Part shown: positions 54,914 to 64,000 of the stretch, one piece after another
Position numbering within the stretch: position 1 is the first letter of the stretch
How the letters are laid out: every line of letters begins with the position of its first letter
NCBI GenBank assembly: GCA_016194745.1
Contig: JACQBA010000013.1
Coordinates: 320,822 to 384,821, forward strand
Direction of reading: 5' to 3'
Origin: Elusimicrobiota bacterium
Lineage (GTDB): Bacteria > Elusimicrobiota > Elusimicrobia > UBA1565 > JACRDR01
Length of the DNA stretch: 64,000 nt
Translations under genes and position numbers: made by a program
Notes under the pieces: model-generated
The model's database searches: none
What the model saw: the letters and a program-made list of their open reading frames with translations, nothing else
Told to the model about the DNA's origin: nothing

Positions 54914-56274
54914 GCGACCATGAGGTCCGCGACGCGGAAGGTCGGGGACGCCATCCGAGTGAAGAAGGAAAGATCGTCGGCCACCCCATCGACGCGCTCG
55001 AGGATCTCGAGGACGTTTCCCGCGAGCATCGCGCCGCGCACCCCGTGCGTCAACTCCCCGTTCTCCACGGCGATTCCGGAAAGTCCCACCGAGAAGGCCC
55101 CCGAGACCGGGTCGGCCGTGTGCATGCCCATGACCTCGAGCACCAGGATCCCGTCCCGCGTGTCCTTGAGCAGCGCCTCGCGGGAGATCGTTCCCGGCTC
55201 CAGATAGAAGTTGGACGCGGACGGGGACGGCGTTCCTTTATAGGACGCCCTGCCCGCGGTCCCATTGGAGGCGCGGCCGTCCTTGCGGGCCGTGTAGGTG
55301 TCGTAGTAGAACTCCTTGAGAACGCCGGCCTCGATCATGCGCTTGCGCCGCGTCGGCACGCCCTCGTCGTCGAACGCCGCCGTCGCGATGCCGCGCTCGA
55401 GCCACGGGTCGTCGACCAAGGTGACCCGGGAGCTCGCCACCGCCGCCCCGAGCTTTCCCCTGAACAAGGACTTGCCCCGCTGCACCTGGTCCGCCGACAA
55501 CGCGCCGGCGATGAGCTCGAGGAATTCCCCGGAGACCCAGGGATCGAAGAGCACCGCGCGCCGCGCCGTAGGCGGCTTCCGCGCGTCCAAGAGGGCGCCC
55601 GCGCGCCGCGCCGCGTCGCGCGCCGCCCTGTCGAAATCGACGTCGGAGTAGAAGCGGCCGACGGAGGAGCCTCCGCCCAACTGGACCTGCGAGCCTCGCT
55701 CCGCCACCGCGGCGAGCCCCGCGCTGCAGTGGCTGCCTCCCTCGATCGCCCGCACCCCGCGGGTGTTGACGATGGCGACTTCGCTCCGGCTCTCGCCGTA
55801 GCTGAGGCGCAGGACATGCTTAACGCGCTTGTCCTCGGCCAAGGCCGCGGCCTGCATGCCCTCCATCCGCGGCAGCTGCTCCTCGAGCGGACGGACGAAC
55901 AAGGCCGGGTCGGACATCGACGGCGCCATCGCGGCGACGCGCTCGGCCGTGGACTCCCCGGACGGCAGCGCGCGGTGCTCGTCCGGCGGGATGAACGGGA
56001 GCTGGTCCAAGACCTGCCGGAACACGTGCTCGAGGCCCGCCGAGCCCAAGCCTGCGGAGAACGCGAAAGCCATGCGCCCCTCGCTCAAGACTCTCAGGCC
56101 GATCCCCTCGTCCTGCGATTCCTGGAGCGTGTCCATGCGACCGTCGCGCATCTCGACGCTCCGCTCCTCGCCGCGAGAGAGGAAGAGTTCGGCCTCGGCG
56201 CCCTTGGGCAGCCGCGCCTTGATCCAGCCCAGAGCTTTGTCCGCTGTCTCGAGGAGCGGCGCCGGCGCGGTCAC
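54910..56274 (-). CDS. tldD: TldD/PmbA-family metallopeptidase
   Basis: Family-wide similarity across the length, including the C-terminal ...GVLVLEVMGMHTADPVSGAFSVGLSGIAVENGE. Probable GTG start at 56274, overlapping the upstream small-ORF stop (GTGA). Confidence 0.8.
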   Translation of the reverse strand: MTAPAPLLETADKALGWIKARLPKGAEAELFLSRGEERSVEMRDGRMDTLQESQDEGIGLRVLSEGRMAFAFSAGLGSAGLEHVFRQVLDQLPFIPPDEHRALPSGESTAERVAAMAPSMSDPALFVRPLEEQLPRMEGMQAAALAEDKRVKHVLRLSYGESRSEVAIVNTRGVRAIEGGSHCSAGLAAVAERGSQVQLGGGSSVGRFYSDVDFDRAARDAARRAGALLDARKPPTARRAVLFDPWVSGEFLELIAGALSADQVQRGKSLFRGKLGAAVASSRVTLVDDPWLERGIATAAFDDEGVPTRRKRMIEAGVLKEFYYDTYTARKDGRASNGTAGRASYKGTPSPSASNFYLEPGTISREALLKDTRDGILVLEVMGMHTADPVSGAFSVGLSGIAVENGELTHGVRGAMLAGNVLEILERVDGVADDLSFFTRMASPTFRVADLMVA

Positions 56275-56501
56275 GGCCGCACCGACGGGTTCGTCGCCGT
56301 GTACGTCATGTACAGGAACAGGAAGGAGAGAAGCAGGAAAAACATCCCCCACTTGCGCCGCTCGAGCGCTATGTGGGCGTCGTTCAAGAGATACTCCCGG
56401 ATCAACGCGTTCATGCGCTCGATCAAATCGGGACGATAGAGGTATCCCAAACCCAGGAAGAAGAATGCAATCCCAACGGAGAACTTAAATAGCGGACTCA
56501 T
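56271..56501 (-). CDS. Small two-TM membrane protein (76 aa)
   Basis: Hydrophobic helices FSVGIAFFFLGLGYLY and GMFFLLLSFLFLYMTY. Codon usage is lower-GC but its ends are exactly coupled to pth and tldD. Confidence 0.45.
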   Translation of the reverse strand: MSPLFKFSVGIAFFFLGLGYLYRPDLIERMNALIREYLLNDAHIALERRKWGMFFLLLSFLFLYMTYTATNPSVRP

Positions 56502-57079
56502 GCCGGATCGTCACCCGATGAATTATACTTGTTCATCGCGGCCTCCACGCCCTTGCTCGACGCAAGCTCGACGGCGGCCCTCGCGTCCTCGAGCACCTTG
56601 TCGATCGTCTTGCGCTCCTCTTTGCCGAACGCCTTGAGCACGATGTCCATCGCCTCGGCTCTGGTCCCCGCGGCGCGGATGCCGATGCGCAACCGGGGCA
56701 CCTCCTGCGTGCCCAGCATCTCGAGGACCGACTCCATGCCCCGGTGGCCGCCGGAGGAGCCCTTCAAGCGGATGCGGAGCTTGCCGAGCGGCAGGTCGCT
56801 GTCGTCGTAGCAGACCAGGACGTCGGCCGGCGGAATCTTATAGAAGTGGGCGAAGCTCTGCACCATGCGGCCCGAGAGGTTCATAAAGGTCAGGGGCTTG
56901 ACGAGATGGACGGCATCCGAAAAGGACGCCTTCGCATGCTCGCCAAGCCCCGGGACCTTCCAAGGCCTGTAGCCCTCGCCCGCCGCCAGTCCGTCCACCA
57001 GCATGAAGCCGACGTTGTGGCGCGTATCCGCGTACTTCGGGCCGGGATTGCCCAATCCAACGACCAGTTGGATCGGCAA
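56498..57079 (-). CDS. pth: Peptidyl-tRNA hydrolase
   Basis: MPIQLVVGLGNPGPKYADTRHNVGFM. Confidence 0.9.
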   Translation of the reverse strand: MPIQLVVGLGNPGPKYADTRHNVGFMLVDGLAAGEGYRPWKVPGLGEHAKASFSDAVHLVKPLTFMNLSGRMVQSFAHFYKIPPADVLVCYDDSDLPLGKLRIRLKGSSGGHRGMESVLEMLGTQEVPRLRIGIRAAGTRAEAMDIVLKAFGKEERKTIDKVLEDARAAVELASSKGVEAAMNKYNSSGDDPA

Positions 57080-57085
57080 TGCAGT

Positions 57086-57823
57086 CTACTTGCCGGCCTC
57101 TTTCTTCTTGTCGCCGGCAGCCGCGGCGGGAGCGGCGGCCTTCTTGTCGCCGGCCTTCGCCTCGCCTTCCGCGCCTTCCTCGTCCTTCTTGCCCTTGGCG
57201 ATGACCTCGGGCTCCGCCGCCGCGGCCGCGCCTTCGGCGCCTGCCGCGGGCGTCGCCGCTTCCTCGGCGGGGACGAAGACGCTCACGACGAGATGGTCCG
57301 CCGCGTCCAAGACCTCGATGCCTTCCGGCGTCTTGATGTCGCTGACCTTCAGGCTCTCGTTGACCTCGAGGCGGCTCACGTCGACGTCGATGCGCTGCGG
57401 GATCTCGGTCGGCAGACAGCGCACGCGGAACTCGCGGAGCACGTGCTCCAGGATGCCGCCGTGCAGCTTGACGCCGGGCGCCTCGCCGATGACGTGGAGC
57501 GGAACCTTGACCTCGATCTTCTCCTTCAGAGAGATCCGCTGGAAGTCCGCGTGGATCGGCTGGTTGCTGACCACGTGCCGCTGCAGTTCCTTCAGGATTA
57601 CCGTGTCCTCGCCCTTGGGATGCTTCAAATGCAGGATGGCGTTGGCGCCCCCGGTCTTCGTCGCCGCGAGAAGCTCCTTCTCGTTGACGACGACGGAGAC
57701 GGGCTCCTTTTTCCCGCCGTAGACGACCCCCGGGATCATCTTCGTGGCCCTGAGGCCCGAGAGCTCCTTCTTGTTGCTCTTGCCGTTCTCGCGCAGTTGC
57801 GCGTTCAGTTGAATCTCTTTCAT
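57086..57823 (-). CDS. rplY: 50S ribosomal protein L25 / general stress protein Ctc, with K/A/E-rich tail
   Basis: RENGKSNKKELSGLRATKMIPGVVYGG. Confidence 0.9.
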   Translation of the reverse strand: MKEIQLNAQLRENGKSNKKELSGLRATKMIPGVVYGGKKEPVSVVVNEKELLAATKTGGANAILHLKHPKGEDTVILKELQRHVVSNQPIHADFQRISLKEKIEVKVPLHVIGEAPGVKLHGGILEHVLREFRVRCLPTEIPQRIDVDVSRLEVNESLKVSDIKTPEGIEVLDAADHLVVSVFVPAEEAATPAAGAEGAAAAAEPEVIAKGKKDEEGAEGEAKAGDKKAAAPAAAAGDKKKEAGK

Positions 57824-57946
57824 GACTTACGTCCTCCGCTTGTCTTGGTTCCGAGTGCCGAGAAAAGACAAAACGCCGGAAGACGGCAAGCCTTGTCCGC
57901 CACGCCTCGAACCGCTGTTGGTTTCATTTCGCTTCATGGAAATTGT

Positions 57947-58897
57947 CTAGACGAAAAGCTCGCTGATGGACTCCCCGTGGTGGTTGCGCCGGATCGCCTC
58001 GCCGAGCAGTTTGGCGATCGACAAGATCTTGATCTTGGAGGAGCCCTCGGCGTGCACCGGGATCGAATCGGTGAGCACCATCTCGCTCAGGCTCGACTTC
58101 TCGACGAGGTCCACGGCCGCTCCCGAGAGCACCCCGTGCACGCACGCCGCGAAGACCTCGAGCGCGCCCTTCTTCTTGATCTCGTTGGCCACCTTCGTCA
58201 GCGTGCCGCCGGTGTCGATCATGTCGTCCAAGATGACGCAGTTCTTGCCCTCGACGTCGCCGATGACGTTGTAGATCGATGCTTCGTTCGGCCGCGGGCG
58301 GCGCTTGTCGATGATGACCAAGGTCGCGTCCAGCCGCTTGGCGAAGGCGCGCGCGCGTTCGACGCCGCCGACGTCGGGCGAGATGACGGCGAGGTTCTTC
58401 AGGTTCTTCCCGCGGATGTACTCCAGGAAGACGGGCGCCGCGTAGAGGTGGTCGAGCGGGATGTCGAAGAAACCCTGGATCTGCGCCGCGTGCAGATCGA
58501 CCGTGATGACGCGATTGGCCCCCGCGCCCGTGATCAAGTTCGCGACCAGCTTCGACGTGATCGGCACGCGCGGCTCGACCTTGCGGTCCTGGCGGGCGTA
58601 GCCGTAGTACGGAATGACCGCCGTGATGCGTCCCGCGGAGGCGCGGCGCAGCGCGTCGGTCATGATCAGGAGCTCCATCAGATTCTCGTTCGCGGGCCGG
58701 CAAGTCGACTGGATGATGTAGCAGTCGCAGCCCCGCACGTTCTCCTGGATGTGCACGTTGATTTCGCCGTCGGCGAAGCGGCCGATCTGAGACCGCCCGA
58801 CCGCGATGCCGATGTGCTTGGCGATGTTCTCGGCGAGGGGCCGATTCGAGTTGCCGCTGAAGAGACGGATCGAGCGGTACAGCTTCCCCGCGGACAT
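57947..58897 (-). CDS. prs: Ribose-phosphate pyrophosphokinase
   Basis: LFSGNSNRPLAENIAKHIG N-terminus and PRPP-binding loop VLIIDDMIDTGGTL. Start set at the internal ATG. Confidence 0.9.
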   Translation of the reverse strand: MSAGKLYRSIRLFSGNSNRPLAENIAKHIGIAVGRSQIGRFADGEINVHIQENVRGCDCYIIQSTCRPANENLMELLIMTDALRRASAGRITAVIPYYGYARQDRKVEPRVPITSKLVANLITGAGANRVITVDLHAAQIQGFFDIPLDHLYAAPVFLEYIRGKNLKNLAVISPDVGGVERARAFAKRLDATLVIIDKRRPRPNEASIYNVIGDVEGKNCVILDDMIDTGGTLTKVANEIKKKGALEVFAACVHGVLSGAAVDLVEKSSLSEMVLTDSIPVHAEGSSKIKILSIAKLLGEAIRRNHHGESISELFV

Positions 58898-59033
58898 CTC
58901 GAGCGACGCTGGATGCTCCGCCTTTGCCGCGTGCGCGACCACGGTCGCGGCGCCCCGCGCGGACGACGCCTTGCCCGACGCGTGCTTGGCCTGAGAAACG
59001 GATCTTGTCCCACTGGCGCTCATGAGAGTTCTC

Positions 59034-60425
59034 CTACGACTTGTTGACCTGCCTTGCCCGTGCGATCGCGAGGACGCCGTCGGGGACGTCCTCGGTGATC
59101 GTCGAGCCCGCTCCGATCTTCGCGCCCCGGCCGACGGTGACCGGCGCCACGAGATTCACGTTCGACCCGATGAAGGCCTTGGCCCGGATGACCGTCTTGT
59201 TCTTCGTCTCGCCGTTGAAGTTGCAGGTGATGGTCCCCGCGCCCACGTTGACGTCCTCGGCGATGTCGGTGTCTCCGATGTAGCTGAGGTGCGGCACCTT
59301 GGAGCCGAAGCCGATGCGCGAGGCCTTGATCTCGGTGAAGTTGCCGATCTTCGCCCGGGGCCCGACGACCGTGCCCGCGCGAAGGTTCGCGAAGGGGCCG
59401 ACCGTCGACTTCTCGAGGATGCGCACGGCCACCGCCTGCGTGAAGCGCAGCTCGCAGTTGTTGCCGACCTGCGTGTCCTCGAGGTAGCTGTAGGGGCCGA
59501 TCTTGCACTCGCGGCCGATCTTCGTCTTGCCCTTGAGCACCACGCCGGGCTGGATGATCGTGTCGCGCTCCACCTCGACGTCGGTGTCGACGTAGGTGTG
59601 GGACGGGTCCACGACCGTCACGCCCGACAGCATCAAGCGGTCCAGCGCGCGGCGGTTGAGGACCCGCTCGACCTGGGAGAGCTGGATGCGGCTGTTGACG
59701 CCGAGGACTTCCTCGGGCGTCGAGCTCATGAACGCGGTGACGCGGCCGCCCTTGGAACGGATGAGTTCGAGCGCGTGCGTGAGGTACTGCTCGCGCTTGG
59801 GGCCCGTCGGCTTGATCTCCTTCAAGGCGTCCATGAGCAGCTGCGTCTCGAAGCAGTAGGCGCCGGAGTTGACCTCGTTGATCGCCGCTTCCTTCGGCGA
59901 CGCCTCGGACTCCTCGACGATCTTGACGACGTCCCCGAGCGGGCTGCGGATGATGCGCCCGTAGCCGCGCGGGTTGGCGAGCTTGGCGGTGAGCAGCGTG
60001 ACTTGGCACTTCTGCTCGCGGTGGTAATTGACCAGCGCGTAGAGCGTCTCGTAGGTGAGGAGAGGCGTGTCGCCGCAGATGACGACGGCCGTCTGGAACT
60101 TCTTCAGGAACGGCACCGCCTCGAGCACCGCGCCGCCCGAGCCCGTGGGCGACTTCTGCCGGATGAACGTCAGCGGGCGGTTGAAGGCGTGGCTGCGCGC
60201 CGTGTCCTGCGTCTGCTTCTGGACGTCGTCGGCCTGATGGCCGACCACGATCCCGATGCCGCTCGGCTTGAGCGCGTTCGCCAGCCGCAGGATGTAATAG
60301 ACGAGCGGCTTGCCGCCGGCCGGATGCAGCACCTTGGGGAGCGAGGATTCCATCCTCGTGCCCTCTCCGGCCGCCAAGACCAAGACGCAAAGTCCTTCCA
60401 GCTTTCCCGTTCCTTTCTTCGCCAT
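59034..60425 (-). CDS. glmU: Bifunctional GlmU (GlcNAc-1-P uridyltransferase / GlcN-1-P acetyltransferase)
   Basis: N-terminal LVLAAGEGTRM nucleotidyltransferase domain; C-terminal left-handed beta-helix hexapeptide repeats. Confidence 0.9.
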   Translation of the reverse strand: MAKKGTGKLEGLCVLVLAAGEGTRMESSLPKVLHPAGGKPLVYYILRLANALKPSGIGIVVGHQADDVQKQTQDTARSHAFNRPLTFIRQKSPTGSGGAVLEAVPFLKKFQTAVVICGDTPLLTYETLYALVNYHREQKCQVTLLTAKLANPRGYGRIIRSPLGDVVKIVEESEASPKEAAINEVNSGAYCFETQLLMDALKEIKPTGPKREQYLTHALELIRSKGGRVTAFMSSTPEEVLGVNSRIQLSQVERVLNRRALDRLMLSGVTVVDPSHTYVDTDVEVERDTIIQPGVVLKGKTKIGRECKIGPYSYLEDTQVGNNCELRFTQAVAVRILEKSTVGPFANLRAGTVVGPRAKIGNFTEIKASRIGFGSKVPHLSYIGDTDIAEDVNVGAGTITCNFNGETKNKTVIRAKAFIGSNVNLVAPVTVGRGAKIGAGSTITEDVPDGVLAIARARQVNKS

Positions 60426-60478
60426 GCGTTTCATCCCCGAATCGCGGTTTTCGTAGAGATCAAGCAAGTTCCCGGGCC

Positions 60479-60549
60479 TGGATTCGAACCAGGAAACCCA
60501 GCTCCAAAGGCTGGTGTGTTACCGTTACACCACCCGGGAGTATGCCCGG
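60479..60549 (-). tRNA. tRNA-Gln (anticodon TTG)
   Basis: Reverse complement reads TCCCGGGTGGTGTAACGGTAACACACCAGCCTTTGGAGCTGGGTTTCCTGGTTCGAATCCAGGCCCGGGAA. Anticodon loop is CTTTGGA. Confidence 0.8.
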
Positions 60550-60554
60550 TGCAG

Positions 60555-60857
60555 TCATGCATCGTCGTCTCCGGCGCCCGCGGTACGCGCGTGCGCGCCG
60601 GGTTTCTTCGCTTCCGTCTCGTACGCCGCCAAAATCCTATCCTCGAGCATTTTCCGGTAATCCGCCGTGATCGGGTGCGCGATGTCCTTGTACGTCCCGT
60701 CCGCCAGCTTCCTCGACGGCATGCATAGGATGAGCCCCTTCGTCCCCTGTATGATCTTCATGTTCCGCACCACGAACACGTGGTCGAACGTGACGGTGAC
60801 GAACGCCTTCAGCTTTTCCTCGTTCCGGAGATGGACCCTGATTTCGGATATTTCCAC
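60555..60857 (-). CDS. spoVG: SpoVG family protein
   Basis: MEISEIRVHLRNEEKLKAFVTVTFDHVFVVRNMKIIQGTKGLILCMPSRK. Confidence 0.85.
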   Translation of the reverse strand: MEISEIRVHLRNEEKLKAFVTVTFDHVFVVRNMKIIQGTKGLILCMPSRKLADGTYKDIAHPITADYRKMLEDRILAAYETEAKKPGAHARTAGAGDDDA

Positions 60858-60906
60858 TAGAACCCCTGGCCAAAGCTGCTCTTCGAAAACAGGTTCCCGC
60901 CGCGAG

Positions 60907-61812
60907 CTACCCCATGCAGCACGTCAAAAAAACCTGCCACGGATAGTTCGAAAGCCGCGTCCTGACCCGCTCTCCTTCCTCGTGCGAACCGACGAACCCG
61001 AAGACGGAAGAGCCGGACCCCGACATCAACGTCCCACGGGCGCCCAGTTGGGTCAAGATGCGCTTTGCCTGCCCGACTTCCGGATGGGCCGGCAGAACCG
61101 CCTCTTCCAGACGATTGAAAAGCAGGCCGTCCCACTCCGAAATCGGCCTGCCGCCGCCTAGCTTTTTTGACAGTGTACTAAGTTGCGAAAGACGGGTCAA
61201 TACGTCGGAGCGGGAGGGCCGGTTGAGGGCCTTATAAACGCCCGCGGTCGGGATGGCGGATCCTGGGTAGACCAGGATCATATACGGCGGCGCTTTGGCC
61301 ACGGAAAGGCCCTTTAGGCGTTCCCCGATGCCCTGTCCGAGGCAGAACGGCTCGTCTTGGAGGAAGAACGGGACGTCCGCGCCCAGGGAGGCCGCGATCT
61401 TCTTCATCGAGGCCATCGCCTGCGCCTTCGTCTTCTTCGTCGCCCCGGGCCCGAACGCCCGGTGCATCCCGACGAGAGTCCCCGCCGCGTCCGAGGAGCC
61501 GCCGCCCAGGCCCGCCCCGACCGGGATCGATTTCTTGAGCAAGAGCCGCACGCCCGCCTTCACGTTGAACTCCTTGCGAAAGGCCGCCGCCGCCCGGAAG
61601 ACGAGATTGTCCTCGCCCGCGGGGACGACGGCGCCGTTGCCCTGCTCGACCGTCAGCTGGATCGGCCCGGTCTCGAGCGATTCGACCTCGAGCGAGTCGA
61701 AGAGATTGATCTTGGCGAATATGGTCTGCAGCAGATGGTACCCGTCGCGGCGCTTGCCGGTCACCTCGAGGAAGAGGTTCACCTTCGCCGGGCACTGGAT
61801 CTTAAGGATCAT
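60907..61812 (-). CDS. ispE: 4-diphosphocytidyl-2-C-methyl-D-erythritol kinase
   Basis: GHMP kinase motifs KVNLFLEVTGKRRDGYH and PVGAGLGGGSSDAA. The ATG overlaps the tadA stop. Confidence 0.85.
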   Translation of the reverse strand: MILKIQCPAKVNLFLEVTGKRRDGYHLLQTIFAKINLFDSLEVESLETGPIQLTVEQGNGAVVPAGEDNLVFRAAAAFRKEFNVKAGVRLLLKKSIPVGAGLGGGSSDAAGTLVGMHRAFGPGATKKTKAQAMASMKKIAASLGADVPFFLQDEPFCLGQGIGERLKGLSVAKAPPYMILVYPGSAIPTAGVYKALNRPSRSDVLTRLSQLSTLSKKLGGGRPISEWDGLLFNRLEEAVLPAHPEVGQAKRILTQLGARGTLMSGSGSSVFGFVGSHEEGERVRTRLSNYPWQVFLTCCMG

Positions 61813-62246
61813 CGGCCGATGTCCTCGTCCCAGAGCTTCGGGTTCTTCGCGATGAAGTCGCGCATCATCGCCGCGCACTCGCCGTCGTCCAAATCCACGA
61901 CCTCCACGCCGCGCTCGCGCATCCACGCCGCTTCTCCGGGGAACGTGCGCGACTCGCCCGCCACGACTTTCTTGATCCCGAACTGGACGACCGCCCCCGC
62001 GCACAGCGCGCAGGGCATGAGCGTCGAGTAGAGCGTGGTGCCGCGGTAGCTCCCGATGCGCCCCGTGCGGCGGAGGCAGTCGATCTCCGCGTGAGTGACC
62101 GGGTCGCCTTCCTGCACGCGCCGGTTGTGCCCGCCGCCCAAGACCTTGCCGTCTTTCACGAGCACCGAGCCGATCGGGATGCCGCCTTCGGCAAGTCCTC
62201 GCCGCGCCTCCGCGACCGCGGCGTCGAGGAACGGGTCGCGGGCCAT
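61809..62246 (-). CDS. tadA: tRNA-specific adenosine deaminase
   Basis: Deaminase zinc motifs HAEIDCLRR and PCALCAGA. Confidence 0.8.
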   Translation of the reverse strand: MARDPFLDAAVAEARRGLAEGGIPIGSVLVKDGKVLGGGHNRRVQEGDPVTHAEIDCLRRTGRIGSYRGTTLYSTLMPCALCAGAVVQFGIKKVVAGESRTFPGEAAWMRERGVEVVDLDDGECAAMMRDFIAKNPKLWDEDIGR

Positions 62247-62247
62247 C

Positions 62248-64000
62248 TCAGGGATGGCCGCCGGCGGGCGGCGCCGGGTAGCGTACGGTCGGCGACGACA
62301 GGCGCAGCGAGATCGAGAACCCCTTGCCCTCGATCTTCAAGAACCACGGCAGGTGCCGCCCGTGATCGGCGTGGTAGTCGTCGAGCGACAAGCGCAGGGC
62401 GAAAGCGCCCGTCGACTTCACGCCCTGCAGCCGCAGGTTCGCGTCGTCGACGAAGAGCTGCCGCGACGGCGCGGCGATCCAGCGCGTGCGCCAGCCCTTG
62501 TGATACGCCGCCGGGCGCTCGTCGAAGACGCGGCCAGAGAAGAAATCGCACAAGGACCGCATGCTCTCCAGAATCGCCTCGTGCACCGCGTCCGGATTCA
62601 AGCCCTCGAGCGGGAGCTTGTCCATGTAGAACGAGCCGTCGGGCGAGAGTTCGGCGCGGAAGATCGGCACGAACAGAGGGCCGAGCAGCTCGAGCTTGAG
62701 CCGGCCGGGGGCCACGTACGTGAGGAGGCCGTTGAAGGTGAACGTCCTGTCGGCGATCGTGCCGGTGATCTCGGCCACGGAGCCGACCCGCTCCGCGCCC
62801 CCGTGGAGCTTTTTGAACTGCTCGGAGAGGCGCGCGCCGAGCTCCTCGGCGGTCATGCGGGATTCGAGCTCGGCGACTTTCTTCTGGAGCCTCTCGATGG
62901 AGGGATCGTGGGACAGCGCGGTCCTCCACGTCGACCACGCCGTCAGCGCGTTTCCTTGGGCGTTCTGAGCGTCGCCGAAATGCTCGAGCACCGCGGGGTC
63001 CTCGGGCGAGTGCTTGAGGGCTTGGTCCAAGTGCTTCATCGCCTCCGGCACGTTGCCTTGCTTGAAGTACGACCATCCGAGGGAGTCGAGATAGGCGCCG
63101 TTCGCCGGATCGAGCTCGACCGCCTTGCGGATGTAGCCCTCGGCCTCCTGCAGCTTGAGGCCGCGGTCCGTCAGCGAGTAGCCGAGATAGTTGAGCGCCG
63201 AGGCGTCGTTGGGATGCTCCTTGAGGAGCAGCTTGAACTCCGCCTCCATCTCGTCGACGCGGTTCAAGCGCTCGAGGAGGGTCGCGAGCTGGAACCTGGG
63301 GTCCCGCGCCGTCGGCGTGCGCTTCAGGATCTCCTGCAGGAGGGCCACGCCGCGCTCCGACTGCTTCAAGTCGTCGTAGCCGAGCGCGAGGAAGTAGGCG
63401 ATCTCGTTGTTCTCCGGCCACTTCGCGTGCGCCGTCTCGAGGACCGCGACGGCTTCCTTCAGCCGGCTCGCCTGGGTCAGGTAGTAACTCAGGCGCAGCG
63501 GCAGCTCCGACTCCTCGCTCAGCGCGGAGCTGTCCGCGAGGTAGCCGGCCGCGCGGCCGAAGTCGCTCCGCTGCTCGGCGAGGATGGCGAGCCAGAGGCA
63601 CGCGCCGGGATTCTTCGGATTGATCGCCTTCGAGCGGGCGAAGTAGGTCTCGGCCGCGTCGAGCTCCTGCTTCAGGTAGTGGATCTCGCCGACATGGTTG
63701 AGGAGCGTGACGTTGTCCGGCTCGCGATCGAGCAGCGCCGCGTAGATGCCCAGGGCGGCGTCGGTGTCGTGCTTGACCTCGTAGAGGTGCGCCAGCGTGT
63801 AGCGGGCCTGGAGGAAATCCGGCTCGAGGCTCGAGGCCTGCTTGAGATGTCCGATCGCCTCCTCGGTCTTGCCGAGGCGCTCGTCGACCAAAGCGATCTG
63901 GAAGTGCGCCTCGGCGCCGCGCTCGGGATTGGCCGAGAGGTAGTCCTCGAAGTACTTCTTCGCTTTGTCGGGCGACTGCGCGTTGAGGAGGTTCCCCAAG
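62248..64000 (-). CDS. TPR-repeat protein with C-terminal LolA/DUF4292-like domain, N-terminus beyond window
   Basis: Multiple TPR motifs (ALNYLGYSL..., AYLDSLGWSYFKQGN...). The track ORF runs to the window edge without a start. Confidence 0.6.
   Translation of the reverse strand, partial: LGNLLNAQSPDKAKKYFEDYLSANPERGAEAHFQIALVDERLGKTEEAIGHLKQASSLEPDFLQARYTLAHLYEVKHDTDAALGIYAALLDREPDNVTLLNHVGEIHYLKQELDAAETYFARSKAINPKNPGACLWLAILAEQRSDFGRAAGYLADSSALSEESELPLRLSYYLTQASRLKEAVAVLETAHAKWPENNEIAYFLALGYDDLKQSERGVALLQEILKRTPTARDPRFQLATLLERLNRVDEMEAEFKLLLKEHPNDASALNYLGYSLTDRGLKLQEAEGYIRKAVELDPANGAYLDSLGWSYFKQGNVPEAMKHLDQALKHSPEDPAVLEHFGDAQNAQGNALTAWSTWRTALSHDPSIERLQKKVAELESRMTAEELGARLSEQFKKLHGGAERVGSVAEITGTIADRTFTFNGLLTYVAPGRLKLELLGPLFVPIFRAELSPDGSFYMDKLPLEGLNPDAVHEAILESMRSLCDFFSGRVFDERPAAYHKGWRTRWIAAPSRQLFVDDANLRLQGVKSTGAFALRLSLDDYHADHGRHLPWFLKIEGKGFSISLRLSSPTVRYPAPPAGGHP

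Noticed and set aside
56744-60728. 767-aa and 568-aa plus-strand ORFs antisense to ctc/prs/glmU
   Set aside because: Shadow ORFs opposite highly conserved housekeeping genes.

Overview
This is a very high-GC (~68-70%) bacterial chromosomal segment, with gene content and the overlapping stop/start style of a Gram-negative, possibly Deltaproteobacteria/Myxococcota-like, organism. Genes are tightly packed and many neighbours overlap by 4 nt (ATGA or GTGA/TTGA), which suggests translational coupling. Several genes use TTG/GTG starts. Main contents, in order: (1) 1-11 kb: a complete chemosensory cluster. It holds a periplasmic binding protein coupled to an MCP, then on the minus strand cheW, cheR, cheY, cheB and a P2-less cheA, followed by an unusual 670-aa FtsA/PilM-like actin-fold ATPase with tandem beta-grasp-like C-terminal repeats and a CheC-CheD fusion. 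A soluble histidine kinase plus single-domain receiver pair sits at the far end. (2) 11-22 kb: a radical-SAM SplB-like lyase, periplasmic FKBP, AI-2E transporter, VanX-like dipeptidase plus dipeptide epimerase, a TetR-regulated thiol-disulfide (TlpA/DsbA) pair, zupT-zur with a candidate Zur box, and a CaCA antiporter. (3) 22-31 kb: a LemA/DUF2207 pair, a tRNA-Arg with an apparent GCG anticodon, several secreted hypotheticals, a PilZ protein and a peculiar His/Trp/Arg/Gly-rich, Cys-rich secreted protein. (4) 32-38 kb: a LuxC/LuxE-type acyl-activation/reduction cassette (LuxC fused to a PaaK-like adenylase, a LuxE-like gene and a tandem GNAT) followed by membrane proteins. (5) 38-50 kb: an accessory-looking stretch rich in secreted hydrolases (HExxH protein, alpha/beta hydrolase, trypsin-like protease, trehalase, S41 and M48 peptidases, lytic transglycosylase). 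It includes a ~1.3 kb low-GC islet with an ORF6N-domain gene, bounded by ~54-bp imperfect direct repeats, one of which overlaps the 3' end of tRNA-Val. (6) 50-64 kb: a conserved housekeeping block (PduO adenosyltransferase, ABC-2 exporter, trm112-tldD, pth-ctc-prs-glmU, tRNA-Gln, spoVG, ispE, tadA, TPR protein). No CRISPR array, IS element or rRNA was seen. Many long ORFs in the track are antisense GC-shadow ORFs and were rejected.
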